Positions 24,992 through 34,317 of a DNA stretch of 64,000 nt are shown in pieces. The DNA comes from Parachlamydiales bacterium (GTDB taxonomy: Bacteria; Chlamydiota; Chlamydiia; Chlamydiales; SM23-39), in NCBI GenBank assembly GCA_019694475.1, contig JAIBBX010000007.1:9225-73224 (forward strand). The letters run 5' to 3'. The notes below the pieces were generated by a model. It ran no database searches and was not told the origin of the DNA. It saw only the letters and a list, made by a program, of their open reading frames with translations. The first letter of the stretch is position 1. Every line of letters begins with the position of its first letter. A program made the position numbers and the translations under genes.

Positions 24992-25462
24992 TTAAAGGAT
25001 AGAGCAGCAATGAGAAGGCTTAGGTTTGGCGGGTTTATTTAACACAACGAGCTGTTCGAGTCTCTCTGGAACATCGATCCCTTTTTCTTTCAGTTCAGCA
25101 TAAAGAGTTGTAATGCAAACTAAGGGGGCTTTATACAGATGGGCTGTATCGATAAAATATTGCGTCCTCTCCCAATACTGATCATATACCAAGTGCACAA
25201 CCGAATTTAAATCAGCGATTGTTCCCGGTTGGAGAGCGTCGAGCACATCCTTGTACACTACAGTCGCAAGCAAATGATTGGATGTGCGAATGGCTCCGGC
25301 AGCCTTTACTAAGATTCCCGACGGAATCATTTTCAATTCGTTTGGATTATTATAAATCAGTCCAATAACTTGATCCCAATTTTCAGCATTGACTGCTTGT
25401 ATAAGAGGAGACTGCTCAGCCAAAAGGATCTGCCTATGCAATTGGTCAATTTTTGTAACCAT
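24992..25462 (-). CDS. Hypothetical protein (about 157 aa)
   Basis: The ORF track extends to 25579, but that extension would overlap the fumC 3' end by 82 nt. The internal ATG at 25462 (MVTKIDQLHRQ...) avoids the overlap. I recognised no family. Confidence 0.45.
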   Translation of the reverse strand: MVTKIDQLHRQILLAEQSPLIQAVNAENWDQVIGLIYNNPNELKMIPSGILVKAAGAIRTSNHLLATVVYKDVLDALQPGTIADLNSVVHLVYDQYWERTQYFIDTAHLYKAPLVCITTLYAELKEKGIDVPERLEQLVVLNKPAKPKPSHCCSIL

Positions 25463-25497
25463 GGCCAAGTATTTTACACTGAAAGGGATCTTTCTAG

Positions 25498-26892
25498 TCA
25501 ATCGTGAGGATGTGTCATTTTCTTCGGATCGACTGCTTTGTCGAATTCTTCCGCGGTTAAACACTTGAGTTTGAGGCAAGCTTCTTTGAGCGAAATGCCT
25601 TCTTTGTGGGCAAGCTTTGCGATTTTAGCAGCTTTGTCGTAGCCGATGATCGGGTTGAGGGCCGTGACAAGCATGAGTGAGTTCTCGACGTATTTTGCAA
25701 TTTGCTTTTTGTCTGCTTTCAGATCTTCGACGCAGTATTTGCGGAAATGGTCGCAGCAGTCTTTGATGAGCAAAATGGAGTGGAGCAAATTGAATATCAT
25801 GAGAGGCTTGTAGACGTTGAGCTCAAAGTTGCCTTGCGAGCCGGCAAACCCGATGGCAGCATCGTTGCCGAAAACTTGGACTGCAACCATAGAAAGAGCC
25901 TCGCATTGAGTCGGATTCACTTTGCCCGGCATGATCGACGATCCAGGTTCATTTTCAGGGAGAATCAGCTCATGGAAGCCGCAGCGAGGCCCAGATCCGA
26001 GCCAGGCGATGTCGGTGCCAATTTTCATGAGCGAGCAGGCGGTTGTTTTGAGGGCGCCGCTTGCGAATACGATCTCATCGTGAGCCGATAACGCGGCAAA
26101 CTTATTTGGATGAGAACGGAAGGGCAAGCCTGTCAGTTTTGAGATTTGAGCTGTGGCCATCTCGGCAAATTTGGGATGCGTGTTGAGGCCTGTGCCTACA
26201 GCAGTTCCTCCGATGGCCAGATCATAAAGGCCGTCTAAGGCTTCTTTAATCCGTTTGATATCGCGATCGAGTAGAGCGACGTAACCAGAGAATTCTTGGC
26301 CTAAAGTGAGAGGGACGGCGTCTTGCAGGTGGGTCCGGCCGATTTTGACGATTTTGGAGAATTCTTTTGCCTTTTTATTGAGGGCATCCCGCAGCCTGCT
26401 CATCGCAGGAATGAGAGCATTATGCATTTCTCTCGCTGCAGAGATGTGCATTGCTGTCGGGAAGGTGTCGTTGGACGATTGAGACATATTGACATGATCG
26501 TTCGGATGGATGGGGTCTTTGCTGCCCAACTTGCCCCCAGCGATCTGGATGGCCCTGTTGGCGATCACTTCATTCACGTTCATGTTGGTTTGAGTGCCGC
26601 TGCCTGTTTGCCAGATTCGAAGGGGAAAATGCTCATTTAGCCGGCCCGAAATCACATCATCGGCCGCTTTGATGATCAAATCGGTCTTTTTCTTGTCGAG
26701 TTTGCCCAGCTTGTGATTGACGATAGCGGCCGCTTTTTTCAAGATGCCGAAGGACTGGATGAGTTCGGCAGGCATCAGGTTGTAGCCGATAGAAAAATGG
26801 ATGAGCGAGCGGGCTGTTTGCGCCCCATAATACCTATCCGCGGGCACTTTCAGCTGGCCCATGCTGTCTCTTTCTAGCCGATACTTCACCAT
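25498..26892 (-). CDS. fumC: Class II fumarate hydratase
   Basis: [29 protein letters not shown] matches the FumC N-terminus. The signature [16 protein letters not shown] is present. The true start is taken as the ATG at 26892 rather than 27168. Confidence 0.9.
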   Translation of the reverse strand: MVKYRLERDSMGQLKVPADRYYGAQTARSLIHFSIGYNLMPAELIQSFGILKKAAAIVNHKLGKLDKKKTDLIIKAADDVISGRLNEHFPLRIWQTGSGTQTNMNVNEVIANRAIQIAGGKLGSKDPIHPNDHVNMSQSSNDTFPTAMHISAAREMHNALIPAMSRLRDALNKKAKEFSKIVKIGRTHLQDAVPLTLGQEFSGYVALLDRDIKRIKEALDGLYDLAIGGTAVGTGLNTHPKFAEMATAQISKLTGLPFRSHPNKFAALSAHDEIVFASGALKTTACSLMKIGTDIAWLGSGPRCGFHELILPENEPGSSIMPGKVNPTQCEALSMVAVQVFGNDAAIGFAGSQGNFELNVYKPLMIFNLLHSILLIKDCCDHFRKYCVEDLKADKKQIAKYVENSLMLVTALNPIIGYDKAAKIAKLAHKEGISLKEACLKLKCLTAEEFDKAVDPKKMTHPHD

Positions 26893-26974
26893 GGCTTTTT
26901 CATACTTAAAAGAGAATTTTGATGCGACAATTTTCCCACTCGGGTATAAAGTCATATTCAAATTTGGAGGACAT

Positions 26975-27790
26975 ATGGCCATATTTAAAGCTGAAAAAAT
27001 AAAAAAACGAGAGACCCCTGTTCTACTGCACCCACCAGTCATCGAATCGATCTTTGAAGTGCGCTGGGAAATTGAAAATGACCAGCAATCCGGTCGCATG
27101 CGCGATCCTTCATATCCAATGATGTATGGAAGCTTATATGAACGGCTGAAGAAAGATTTTCCAATCATCGAAGATTTGCCAAGCGTTCAGGCTCATCCTG
27201 AAACAACCCCTTTTGTGCCCCGCCACCGGATGCGCAAAGAGCGAAACGGCTATCCGCTCATCCAAGTTGGGCCTGGAATCATCACGGTCAACATGGCGAA
27301 AGGATATTCTTGGACTTCATTCCGCTCCCTCATTTTACGGATCGTTGAATCGATCATCGACCTTTATCCAACGAATTCAGTGCCGCTCAATTTCATCAAG
27401 ACCGAGCTGCGCTATGTGAATGGCATCCGGTTCGATATCGCCCGAGAAAATCCGCTTCAATTCTTGAATGAAAAACTGCATATGAAAGTGGAATTGGATC
27501 CAGAGATTTTTGAGCTCAATTCAATCAATGACCGCCCAAATTCTGTCGGATTGAACCTCTCTTATGTGCTCGATAAACCGATGGGGCATTTGGCAATTTC
27601 AGCCAATTTAGGACAATTTGAAGGCAAGCCCGCTTTCATCCAACAAACGGTGATTCAATCTTTTGGAGAATTGGCTCCATCTGATGTAGCTGGTTTTACC
27701 CCCTGGCTTGAAGAGGCCCATTCAGTTGCAGAAGGCTGCTTCCAAGTCTTTTGCAAAGGGGAACTGATGGAGAAATTCTGCGGAGCATGA
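26975..27790 (+). CDS. Conserved hypothetical protein (resembles the TIGR04255 family)
   Basis: GGAGG at 26966-70 precedes the ATG at 26975. The N-terminus ...[14 protein letters not shown] resembles that family as I remember it. The stop overlaps the mdh start (ATGA). Confidence 0.45.
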   Translation: MAIFKAEKIKKRETPVLLHPPVIESIFEVRWEIENDQQSGRMRDPSYPMMYGSLYERLKKDFPIIEDLPSVQAHPETTPFVPRHRMRKERNGYPLIQVGPGIITVNMAKGYSWTSFRSLILRIVESIIDLYPTNSVPLNFIKTELRYVNGIRFDIARENPLQFLNEKLHMKVELDPEIFELNSINDRPNSVGLNLSYVLDKPMGHLAISANLGQFEGKPAFIQQTVIQSFGELAPSDVAGFTPWLEEAHSVAEGCFQVFCKGELMEKFCGA

Positions 27791-28770
27791 AAATCAAACG
27801 GATTGCAGTGACTGGAGGCGCGGGGCAAATTGCCTACAGCCTCCTCTTTCGAATCGCTAATGGCGATTTTTTAGGACCGAATCAACCTGTTGCACTGCAC
27901 CTCCTCGATCTCCCTCAGTTTGAAGGAGCTTTGAAGGGAGTGCAGATGGAATTGGATGATTGCGTCTTTCCCTTACTCAAAGAGGTGAAAGTGGGTAGCG
28001 ATGCTGAAGAGGTTTTTGGCGGCGTCCACTATGCCTTTTTGGTGGGAGCGAAGCCACGGGGGCCTGGAATGGAACGAAAGGATCTGCTTGCCGACAACGG
28101 AAAGATTTTTGTGGGGCAAGGCAAGGCTCTCAATAATGCTGCAAGCAAAGATGTGCGCGTGTTGGTCGTGGGTAACCCATGCAATACAAACTGTTTGATT
28201 GCAATGCATAATGCGCCAGATCTACCCCGCACAAGTTTCCATGCAATGACACGCCTCGATCAAAATCGGGGCGTTTTCCAACTGGCTCAAAAAGCGAATG
28301 TTCACACAACTGAAGTGACCCACATGACGATTTGGGGAAATCACTCTGCAACGCAAGTGCCTGATTTCCTTAACGCAAAAATTCATGGCGGGCCGGCGGT
28401 AAAGCTGCTCGATCGGAAGTGGCTTGAGACTGAATTTGTTTCTATCATCCAAAAACGGGGAGCTGAGGTGATTGCTGCACGGGGAAAATCGTCAGCGGCA
28501 TCTGCAGCGAATGCGGCAGTTGGTGCTTTGAAAGCCATCACTGAACCCACCCCTCATGGACAGTGGTTTTCTTCTGCTGTTTATACAGAAAATAATCCAT
28601 ATGGCATCGATGAAGACCTAGTCTTTTCCTTCCCTTGCCGATCAAAAGGCCAGGGAGATTTTGAGATTGTCAAAGGGCTTGAAATCGATTCCTTCTTGAA
28701 AGAAAAGATCGCAATCACGCAAAAAGAACTCATGGAAGAGAGAGATTTGGTGCGTGGGCTATTGAAATGA
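27787..28770 (+). CDS. mdh: Malate dehydrogenase (NAD-dependent, cytosolic-like type)
   Basis: It has [36 protein letters not shown] and IWGNHS. Length is 327 aa. Confidence 0.9.
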   Translation: MKIKRIAVTGGAGQIAYSLLFRIANGDFLGPNQPVALHLLDLPQFEGALKGVQMELDDCVFPLLKEVKVGSDAEEVFGGVHYAFLVGAKPRGPGMERKDLLADNGKIFVGQGKALNNAASKDVRVLVVGNPCNTNCLIAMHNAPDLPRTSFHAMTRLDQNRGVFQLAQKANVHTTEVTHMTIWGNHSATQVPDFLNAKIHGGPAVKLLDRKWLETEFVSIIQKRGAEVIAARGKSSAASAANAAVGALKAITEPTPHGQWFSSAVYTENNPYGIDEDLVFSFPCRSKGQGDFEIVKGLEIDSFLKEKIAITQKELMEERDLVRGLLK

Positions 28771-29927
28771 GAGAAGGCGTACTTTTTGAGATCACAAAAG
28801 ATTCATTGGAAACGGGCCTTAGAGGATTTCCTGTAGGGTATTGCGTCACTTCGTTTGTCGATCCAATGAAAGGACTGACTTATGTGGGAAGGCCGATTGC
28901 AGAACTTGCTGGCAAATCTCCCATAGAACTCATTTATCTGCTCTATTACGGCGAGATGGGCGACAAGAATCAAGTGGCCCATTTTCAGCATGAACTGAAC
29001 AAACGAGCCGTCTTGCAAGACGAAACGGTGAAGGCAATCGAAGCGTTGCCGAAAACCGGCCATGCGATGGACTCTTTTGCTGCTGCTCTGCTGATTGTCG
29101 GAATGTGCGAAGGGAAAGGCGATTATCGCGAAGATTGTCTAGATGTGATTGCGAAACTGCCTCACATTGTTGCATCCGTGATCAACAGCCATGCTGGTTG
29201 GGGAAAAACGCCCGATCCAAAGCCGGAAATGGGCTATATTGAAAATTTCGTCCACATGCTCAATGTGCCCGGAGCTAAAACACCTGAGCTTGTCCAGGCG
29301 ATGCGCCTTTTCAACGTGATCCATTACGATCATTGCGGCGGCAATTTGTCCACTTTTGTAGGAAAAGCAGTTGCGTCGGGAATGGAACACATGTACGGGT
29401 CGCTCGCAGCAGCAATGACAGCGCTTGCTGGGCCAAGGCACGGCAGAGCCAACCAAGATTGTTTGGAATTCGTCCAAAGTGTTCTCAATGATGTGGGCGA
29501 AAATGCGAAAGCGGCAGATGTTGAAAAACTGATCCGGAAAAAATTAGCTGCAAATGAACTTGTCTACGGCTTTGGCCATGCGGTCTTACGCGTTGAAGAT
29601 GCCCGGGCAACTGTTTGCTATAACTATTGCCAAAAACATTTCCCAAATCATCCTCTTGTAAAAATTGCCCTTCTTTTAAGAACGGAAGGGGCTAAAGTGC
29701 TGAAAGAAAATCCCAAAATTTCCGATCCATACCCGAATATTGATGCCATTACCGGTTCCATGCTGATGGCGGCCGGATTTCCATATCCCGACTATTATAC
29801 AGTCCTCTTCGGATTGTCTAGAACGGTTGGAATCGCGATTCAAATTGTTTACGAAAGATTAGAGGCCCGCGGAGGAAAAGGAACTCCGATTGTAAGGCCT
29901 CTTTACTTCTACAAAGCGAGAAAATGA
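28767..29927 (+). CDS. gltA: Citrate synthase family protein
   Basis: The citrate synthase signature region is [14 protein letters not shown]. Length is 386 aa. It is ATGA-coupled to mdh upstream and to pip downstream. Confidence 0.8.
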   Translation: MREGVLFEITKDSLETGLRGFPVGYCVTSFVDPMKGLTYVGRPIAELAGKSPIELIYLLYYGEMGDKNQVAHFQHELNKRAVLQDETVKAIEALPKTGHAMDSFAAALLIVGMCEGKGDYREDCLDVIAKLPHIVASVINSHAGWGKTPDPKPEMGYIENFVHMLNVPGAKTPELVQAMRLFNVIHYDHCGGNLSTFVGKAVASGMEHMYGSLAAAMTALAGPRHGRANQDCLEFVQSVLNDVGENAKAADVEKLIRKKLAANELVYGFGHAVLRVEDARATVCYNYCQKHFPNHPLVKIALLLRTEGAKVLKENPKISDPYPNIDAITGSMLMAAGFPYPDYYTVLFGLSRTVGIAIQIVYERLEARGGKGTPIVRPLYFYKARK

Positions 29928-30880
29928 GAACCAAATATCCACCGATTGAACCCAACCGAACTGGGTATATCGAAGTGCCTGGCCATGAATTATACTGGGA
30001 AGAGAGCGGCAACCCGCGCGGCGTGCCGGTTATTTTCCTACATGGCGGTCCAGGTTCTGGAACAGAAGCAAGCCACCGAAGTTATTTTGATCCTTCTCTC
30101 TACCGAATTGTACTCATGGATCAAAGAGGCTGCGGCAAAAGCAAGCCCCATTCGAGTTTACAAGACAATACGACTTGGCATTTGGTTGAAGACATTGAAA
30201 AACTGAGAGAACACCTCAAAATCGAAAAATGGGTTGTGTTTGGCGGATCTTGGGGAAGCACTCTTTCTTTGGCTTATGCAGAAACACATCCCAGCAAAGT
30301 CCTGGCTCTCGTTTTACGCGGTATATTTCTCGGCCGGCCTAAAGAACTGAGATGGTTTTATCAATTTGGCGCGCATCATATTTTCCCAGATGAATGGGAA
30401 AAGTATCTCGATCCAATCCCTGCAAATGAACGGGGGGATCTCATGCAAGCTTATTACCGGAGGCTCACTTCGCCAGATCCTGCAATCCGCAAACGGGCTG
30501 CTTCTGCTTGGTCGGGGTGGGAAGGTGCTGCGTTAAAACTCATTTTCGATCCGAATCTCTTTTTGCAATTTACTGAAGATAGCCATGCAGATGCCTTAGC
30601 TCGGGTGGAGTGCCATTACTTTGTGAACAACTGCTTTTTCAAAACCGACAATTGGCTTATCGAGCATGCTCACGCAATCAAAAATATTCCCGGAATCATC
30701 GTGCAAGGACGCTACGATATCGTTTGCCCTATGGAGAGCGCTTGGGAATTGCATAAAGCTTGGCCGTCTGCTGAACTTGAGATCATTAAAGATGCAGGCC
30801 ACGCGGCAAGCGAGCCGGGTATCACGGATGCGCTGGTGCGGGCAACGGATTATTTTGGACAATTCTTCCGGTCTTCGTAG
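29924..30880 (+). CDS. pip: Proline iminopeptidase (alpha/beta hydrolase)
   Basis: It has HGGPGSG, the nucleophile elbow GGSWGSTL, and C-terminal DAGHAA. Length is 318 aa. Confidence 0.9.
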   Translation: MRTKYPPIEPNRTGYIEVPGHELYWEESGNPRGVPVIFLHGGPGSGTEASHRSYFDPSLYRIVLMDQRGCGKSKPHSSLQDNTTWHLVEDIEKLREHLKIEKWVVFGGSWGSTLSLAYAETHPSKVLALVLRGIFLGRPKELRWFYQFGAHHIFPDEWEKYLDPIPANERGDLMQAYYRRLTSPDPAIRKRAASAWSGWEGAALKLIFDPNLFLQFTEDSHADALARVECHYFVNNCFFKTDNWLIEHAHAIKNIPGIIVQGRYDIVCPMESAWELHKAWPSAELEIIKDAGHAASEPGITDALVRATDYFGQFFRSS

Positions 30881-31823
30881 GAATGAAAGTTCCTGTATCT
30901 ACGAACTTTCGCAAATGACCTGTCGCAGGATCAAACCACAGTTCGCTTTTTGCGGTATTGTAAGGCCAGCCTTTCATTGAAGTCAGCTCGGCTTTCAGTA
31001 GTCTCCCCATTCCGTCCACATCTTCCAATCCCAGTTTGGTCAGTTTGAATTTCATGACAAAAGGAGTTGGTTCAAGCCACCTTAATATCCAGCCAATCAA
31101 TGGAGGATAATCGGGAACCACGCCGTAAAATTCTAGTTCCTGGTCATTGGATAAAATAAACGGTCTGAATCCAATTGCCCTTTGTTGGATCCAAGGCCTT
31201 CCATCTTGAGGCAAGTCTAAATAGGTTCTGACGGGCGGGTTTTGCCCTTCGGCAATCGAAACTTCAACTTGCGCGGCGCAATCCATATTGCGTCGTACAA
31301 GATCCACTTTTTTGCCGCCGTATTGATAATGAAGCTCGCGCAAACTCAGATTAGGGTTGTAAAGCGAAGAAGTAGAAAATTCGAGAGCGTTCTGCGTTGC
31401 GACAAGAACATCGGGAAATGTTTCGACTGTCCAAGCTGTTCGGATTGGATTATTGTTAATTGTTTCAATATATCCAAAATGCTCGACAGGTCCTTCAGGG
31501 ATTCGGCCATCTGGTCTGTGAACGATGATTTCAGGAGGCGGAAGAATCTCTTCAATCTCATCGATTTCGGGGCAGAAAGGATCGGCCAATTTTTGCGGGC
31601 TGCCAAACGTTTGCAGGGCAATCCATATGATCGAATTGACAAAGGGAAGCATCAGGGCGGTGCCCTCGATAAGATAAACAATTCTTTCAGTTAAAGAGAG
31701 GGGGTTTTGCTCTAAAGATCGATCAACCCCTTTCCAAAAAAGATCTAAATACTCGCAGCCTTGGGCATAAGGCTCAAGGACATAGGTGTAAACCCATTGT
31801 CTGTCAACAGGAAAGATTTGCAT
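30822..31823 (-). CDS. Hypothetical protein with an Inc-like hydrophobic hairpin (333 aa)
   Basis: A bilobed hydrophobic segment, IVYLIEGTALMLPFVNSIIWIALQTF, is present. I recognised no family. Its 3' end overlaps the pip 3' end by 59 nt. Confidence 0.5.
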   Translation of the reverse strand: MQIFPVDRQWVYTYVLEPYAQGCEYLDLFWKGVDRSLEQNPLSLTERIVYLIEGTALMLPFVNSIIWIALQTFGSPQKLADPFCPEIDEIEEILPPPEIIVHRPDGRIPEGPVEHFGYIETINNNPIRTAWTVETFPDVLVATQNALEFSTSSLYNPNLSLRELHYQYGGKKVDLVRRNMDCAAQVEVSIAEGQNPPVRTYLDLPQDGRPWIQQRAIGFRPFILSNDQELEFYGVVPDYPPLIGWILRWLEPTPFVMKFKLTKLGLEDVDGMGRLLKAELTSMKGWPYNTAKSELWFDPATGHLRKFVDTGTFIPTKTGRIVQNNPLPAPAHP

Positions 31824-31850
31824 AGCGGCGCTATTATAGCTTCGAGCTGC

Positions 31851-32522
31851 CTAAAAAGGAACCACTTTTCTTTGCGATAATTCAGCTTTGATTTGATCGA
31901 CAGACTGGAAATGGATGCCATCTATTCCAAGCGCCCTTGCGGCCTCTATGTTTTCCAGCTTGTCGTCTATGAAAATGATTTGCTCGGGAGGAAGTCCGAT
32001 CCGTTCGATGAGGATTGCATAAGCTTCGGGATCTGGCTTTTTGCACATGATTTCACAAGAAAGAATGCAAGGATCGAACGGGTCGTAGAATCCAAATTCT
32101 CGAATGAGGTTGGCAAGCCGCTGATCGATATTGGAAAAGAGAGCTACCTGAGTGTTCGTTTCTTTGATCTGACTGACAAGTTCAAACATGCGGGGATTTG
32201 CTCCGAGATTGTCTTTCATGACAGTTTTGAACGATTTTGCCCAATTTTCGGGAAGCTGGATTTCATTTTCTTCCGCATATTTAAGCCAAAACTCTTCGTC
32301 GGTCTTGCCCATTTTGACCGCTTGTCTTTTGAGAAGATTTACTTGCTCGAATTCTTCGCTGTTTAAGGCGAAGGTATCTTGCAGGAATTGAACGATTGCA
32401 GCTTTATTCGGCTCATGTGTGAGCACTCCGCCGAAATCAAAGACAACCGCAACTTGTTTTTGAGTCATCTCATTCCCAAATAACAGAATATTGCAAAGGA
32501 GAGTAAGGAAAATCATCTTCAT
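31851..32522 (-). CDS. HAD-superfamily hydrolase
   Basis: Motif I is VVFDFGGVLT and motif IV is FIDDKLENIEAARALG. The start is ambiguous: ATG 32522 would add a signal-like peptide, while ATG 32468 gives a cytoplasmic form. Confidence 0.75.
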   Translation of the reverse strand: MKMIFLTLLCNILLFGNEMTQKQVAVVFDFGGVLTHEPNKAAIVQFLQDTFALNSEEFEQVNLLKRQAVKMGKTDEEFWLKYAEENEIQLPENWAKSFKTVMKDNLGANPRMFELVSQIKETNTQVALFSNIDQRLANLIREFGFYDPFDPCILSCEIMCKKPDPEAYAILIERIGLPPEQIIFIDDKLENIEAARALGIDGIHFQSVDQIKAELSQRKVVPF

Positions 32523-32607
32523 AAATCACCGCTCCAATTATAGCATGGACTATAATTTCCCGCTTCTCATAAAATATTCGGTCTCGAAAAATTTAAAGGA
32601 TATATTT

Positions 32608-33978
32608 ATGAATGTTACGTTACGCGATGTTGTGCAACTCTACCAATTTTTTTGCGAAAATGCTGACTTTAACAATGCTGATAATGTTAAAAACGCAGTC
32701 GTCGAATTAAGCCAAGTGAAAAACGAAAATGGGATTGATCAAAATAGAGAGCTGATTCGAGAGGCGAATCGATGTATGGCTGTGGCTGTGAATGCGATCA
32801 AACATTCTTATCGAGAGCAAGCAACGAGCGACTTATTGAAACGCATTGTCGGAATTTCAAATGAAAATCGAGGATTTGCAGAGTTGATGAAACATGTTGG
32901 GGCGGTTGCGAGAAAATATTTCCCGAACTCAACACATGTAGAGCCTGTTTTAAGCGGAAAAATTTTTAGGGGATGCACAACGTTATATAGCCTTGTGATG
33001 AAAAACCCTGATTATCAATACACCCATCCTTTTATCATGCAATTCCCTCAGGGCTTAATAAACCTTCTTAAGTCATTTGACGGAGGAGTTCCTCGCAACA
33101 TAGGAATCCATGCATTGAAGGGATTAGTGGTGAAATTGGAAAAACATCGAAAGGATGTATTGGATTTAGACCCAGATAATGCAGATCTCCAGTTTTTCGT
33201 GGATCAAATGATTGGCCTCAAAGGAAATGATGACGCTCAAGACCAATTTTATGAGCAAATCAAGAGCTGCATGAAGGCAGAGGCGATGGGTCTTGAATGC
33301 AGTATTTTGGAACATATTGATACGGAAGCCGCCAAACTTGTGGATCGTGAATCTGTAGAAGAAGGCGTTTCAGGACTCGCCCAGATGCGCGCTCAAGGTT
33401 TTGCTCATCAGAAAAACCATGGCGGAGGAGCTTTTATCTCTGGTCGATATGGTCTGAGAGGAAATAGCTCAGGACAGTTCTTTGGGGATGGCATTCTGGA
33501 TAATGGCAGCTCTCAGAAACTCAATGCATTTTCTGATGTGAGTTTGGATGCTGCAGATGAAAGCCTTCGAGAAAGACTGAAACAATTCGGAAGAAAAATT
33601 GTAGAGAATTTTTATCAGAGAGGTGAATTGCTCCAATATCGATTACACGTGATTGGCAAGGTGCTTAAAGAAATTCCTCTCGATGATCCTATCGATCAGG
33701 CTCGGATCACTGTGGGGGCGCTAATCAGGCATAAACTGCAAGAATATCCAAAGAAAAATAATCTTATGTTTGATCTGGATATAGCTGAGAAGGAAAGATT
33801 GGCGCCTCAGTTTGCCAAGGAGATTATCTTGTACGGCATTCAAAATCGCATTTTTTCAGTCCAGCAGGGAGCTTACCTGATTAGAGCGTATCGTTTAAAT
33901 GCAGATCCAGATATTGTTCGTGCGAGCTTAGAAGCGATTCAAAGTCTAGCCCCCCAAGATGAAGAAAAAAAGGAATAA
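32608..33978 (+). CDS. Hypothetical protein (about 456 aa)
   Basis: AAAGGA lies 7 nt before the ATG at 32608 (MNVTLRDVV...). The ORF track start at 32491 overlaps the divergent HAD gene. I recognised no family. Confidence 0.5.
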   Translation: MNVTLRDVVQLYQFFCENADFNNADNVKNAVVELSQVKNENGIDQNRELIREANRCMAVAVNAIKHSYREQATSDLLKRIVGISNENRGFAELMKHVGAVARKYFPNSTHVEPVLSGKIFRGCTTLYSLVMKNPDYQYTHPFIMQFPQGLINLLKSFDGGVPRNIGIHALKGLVVKLEKHRKDVLDLDPDNADLQFFVDQMIGLKGNDDAQDQFYEQIKSCMKAEAMGLECSILEHIDTEAAKLVDRESVEEGVSGLAQMRAQGFAHQKNHGGGAFISGRYGLRGNSSGQFFGDGILDNGSSQKLNAFSDVSLDAADESLRERLKQFGRKIVENFYQRGELLQYRLHVIGKVLKEIPLDDPIDQARITVGALIRHKLQEYPKKNNLMFDLDIAEKERLAPQFAKEIILYGIQNRIFSVQQGAYLIRAYRLNADPDIVRASLEAIQSLAPQDEEKKE

Positions 33979-33981
33979 AAG

Positions 33982-34317
33982 ATGGAGCCGATTGCATTTG
34001 CAGATTTCCAAAAAGTAGACATTCGGGTTGGAACGATCTTGGCAGTCCATGATTTTCCGGAAGCCCGAAAGCCGGCTTTTAAACTGGAGATCGATTTTGG
34101 AGATCTCGGTGTAAAACGCTCCTCTGCTCAAATCACGCACCACTACCGCAAAGAAGATCTCGTTGGAAGACAGGTGATTGCGGTTGTGAATTTTCCTCCG
34201 AAGCAGATCGGGAAATTCTTTTCCGAGGTGTTGACTTTGGGCTTGCCAGATGCAGAGGGACACGTCGTCCTTCTGCAGCCTACCCTTGGCGTCCCAAACG
34301 GGTCGCGCTTATTCTGA
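33982..34317 (+). CDS. csaA: tRNA-binding domain protein (CsaA/YgjH type)
   Basis: FADFQKVDIRVGTILAVHDFPEARKPAFKLEIDFG...QVIAVVNFPPKQIG is the typical OB-fold tRNA-binding sequence. Confidence 0.8.
   Translation: MEPIAFADFQKVDIRVGTILAVHDFPEARKPAFKLEIDFGDLGVKRSSAQITHHYRKEDLVGRQVIAVVNFPPKQIGKFFSEVLTLGLPDAEGHVVLLQPTLGVPNGSRLF

Noticed and set aside
26893-27168. A 92-codon N-terminal extension of fumC in the ORF track (start at 27168).
   Set aside because: FumC homology starts at [12 protein letters not shown] (ATG at 26892). The extension overlaps the divergent gene and its RBS and has no FumC-like sequence.
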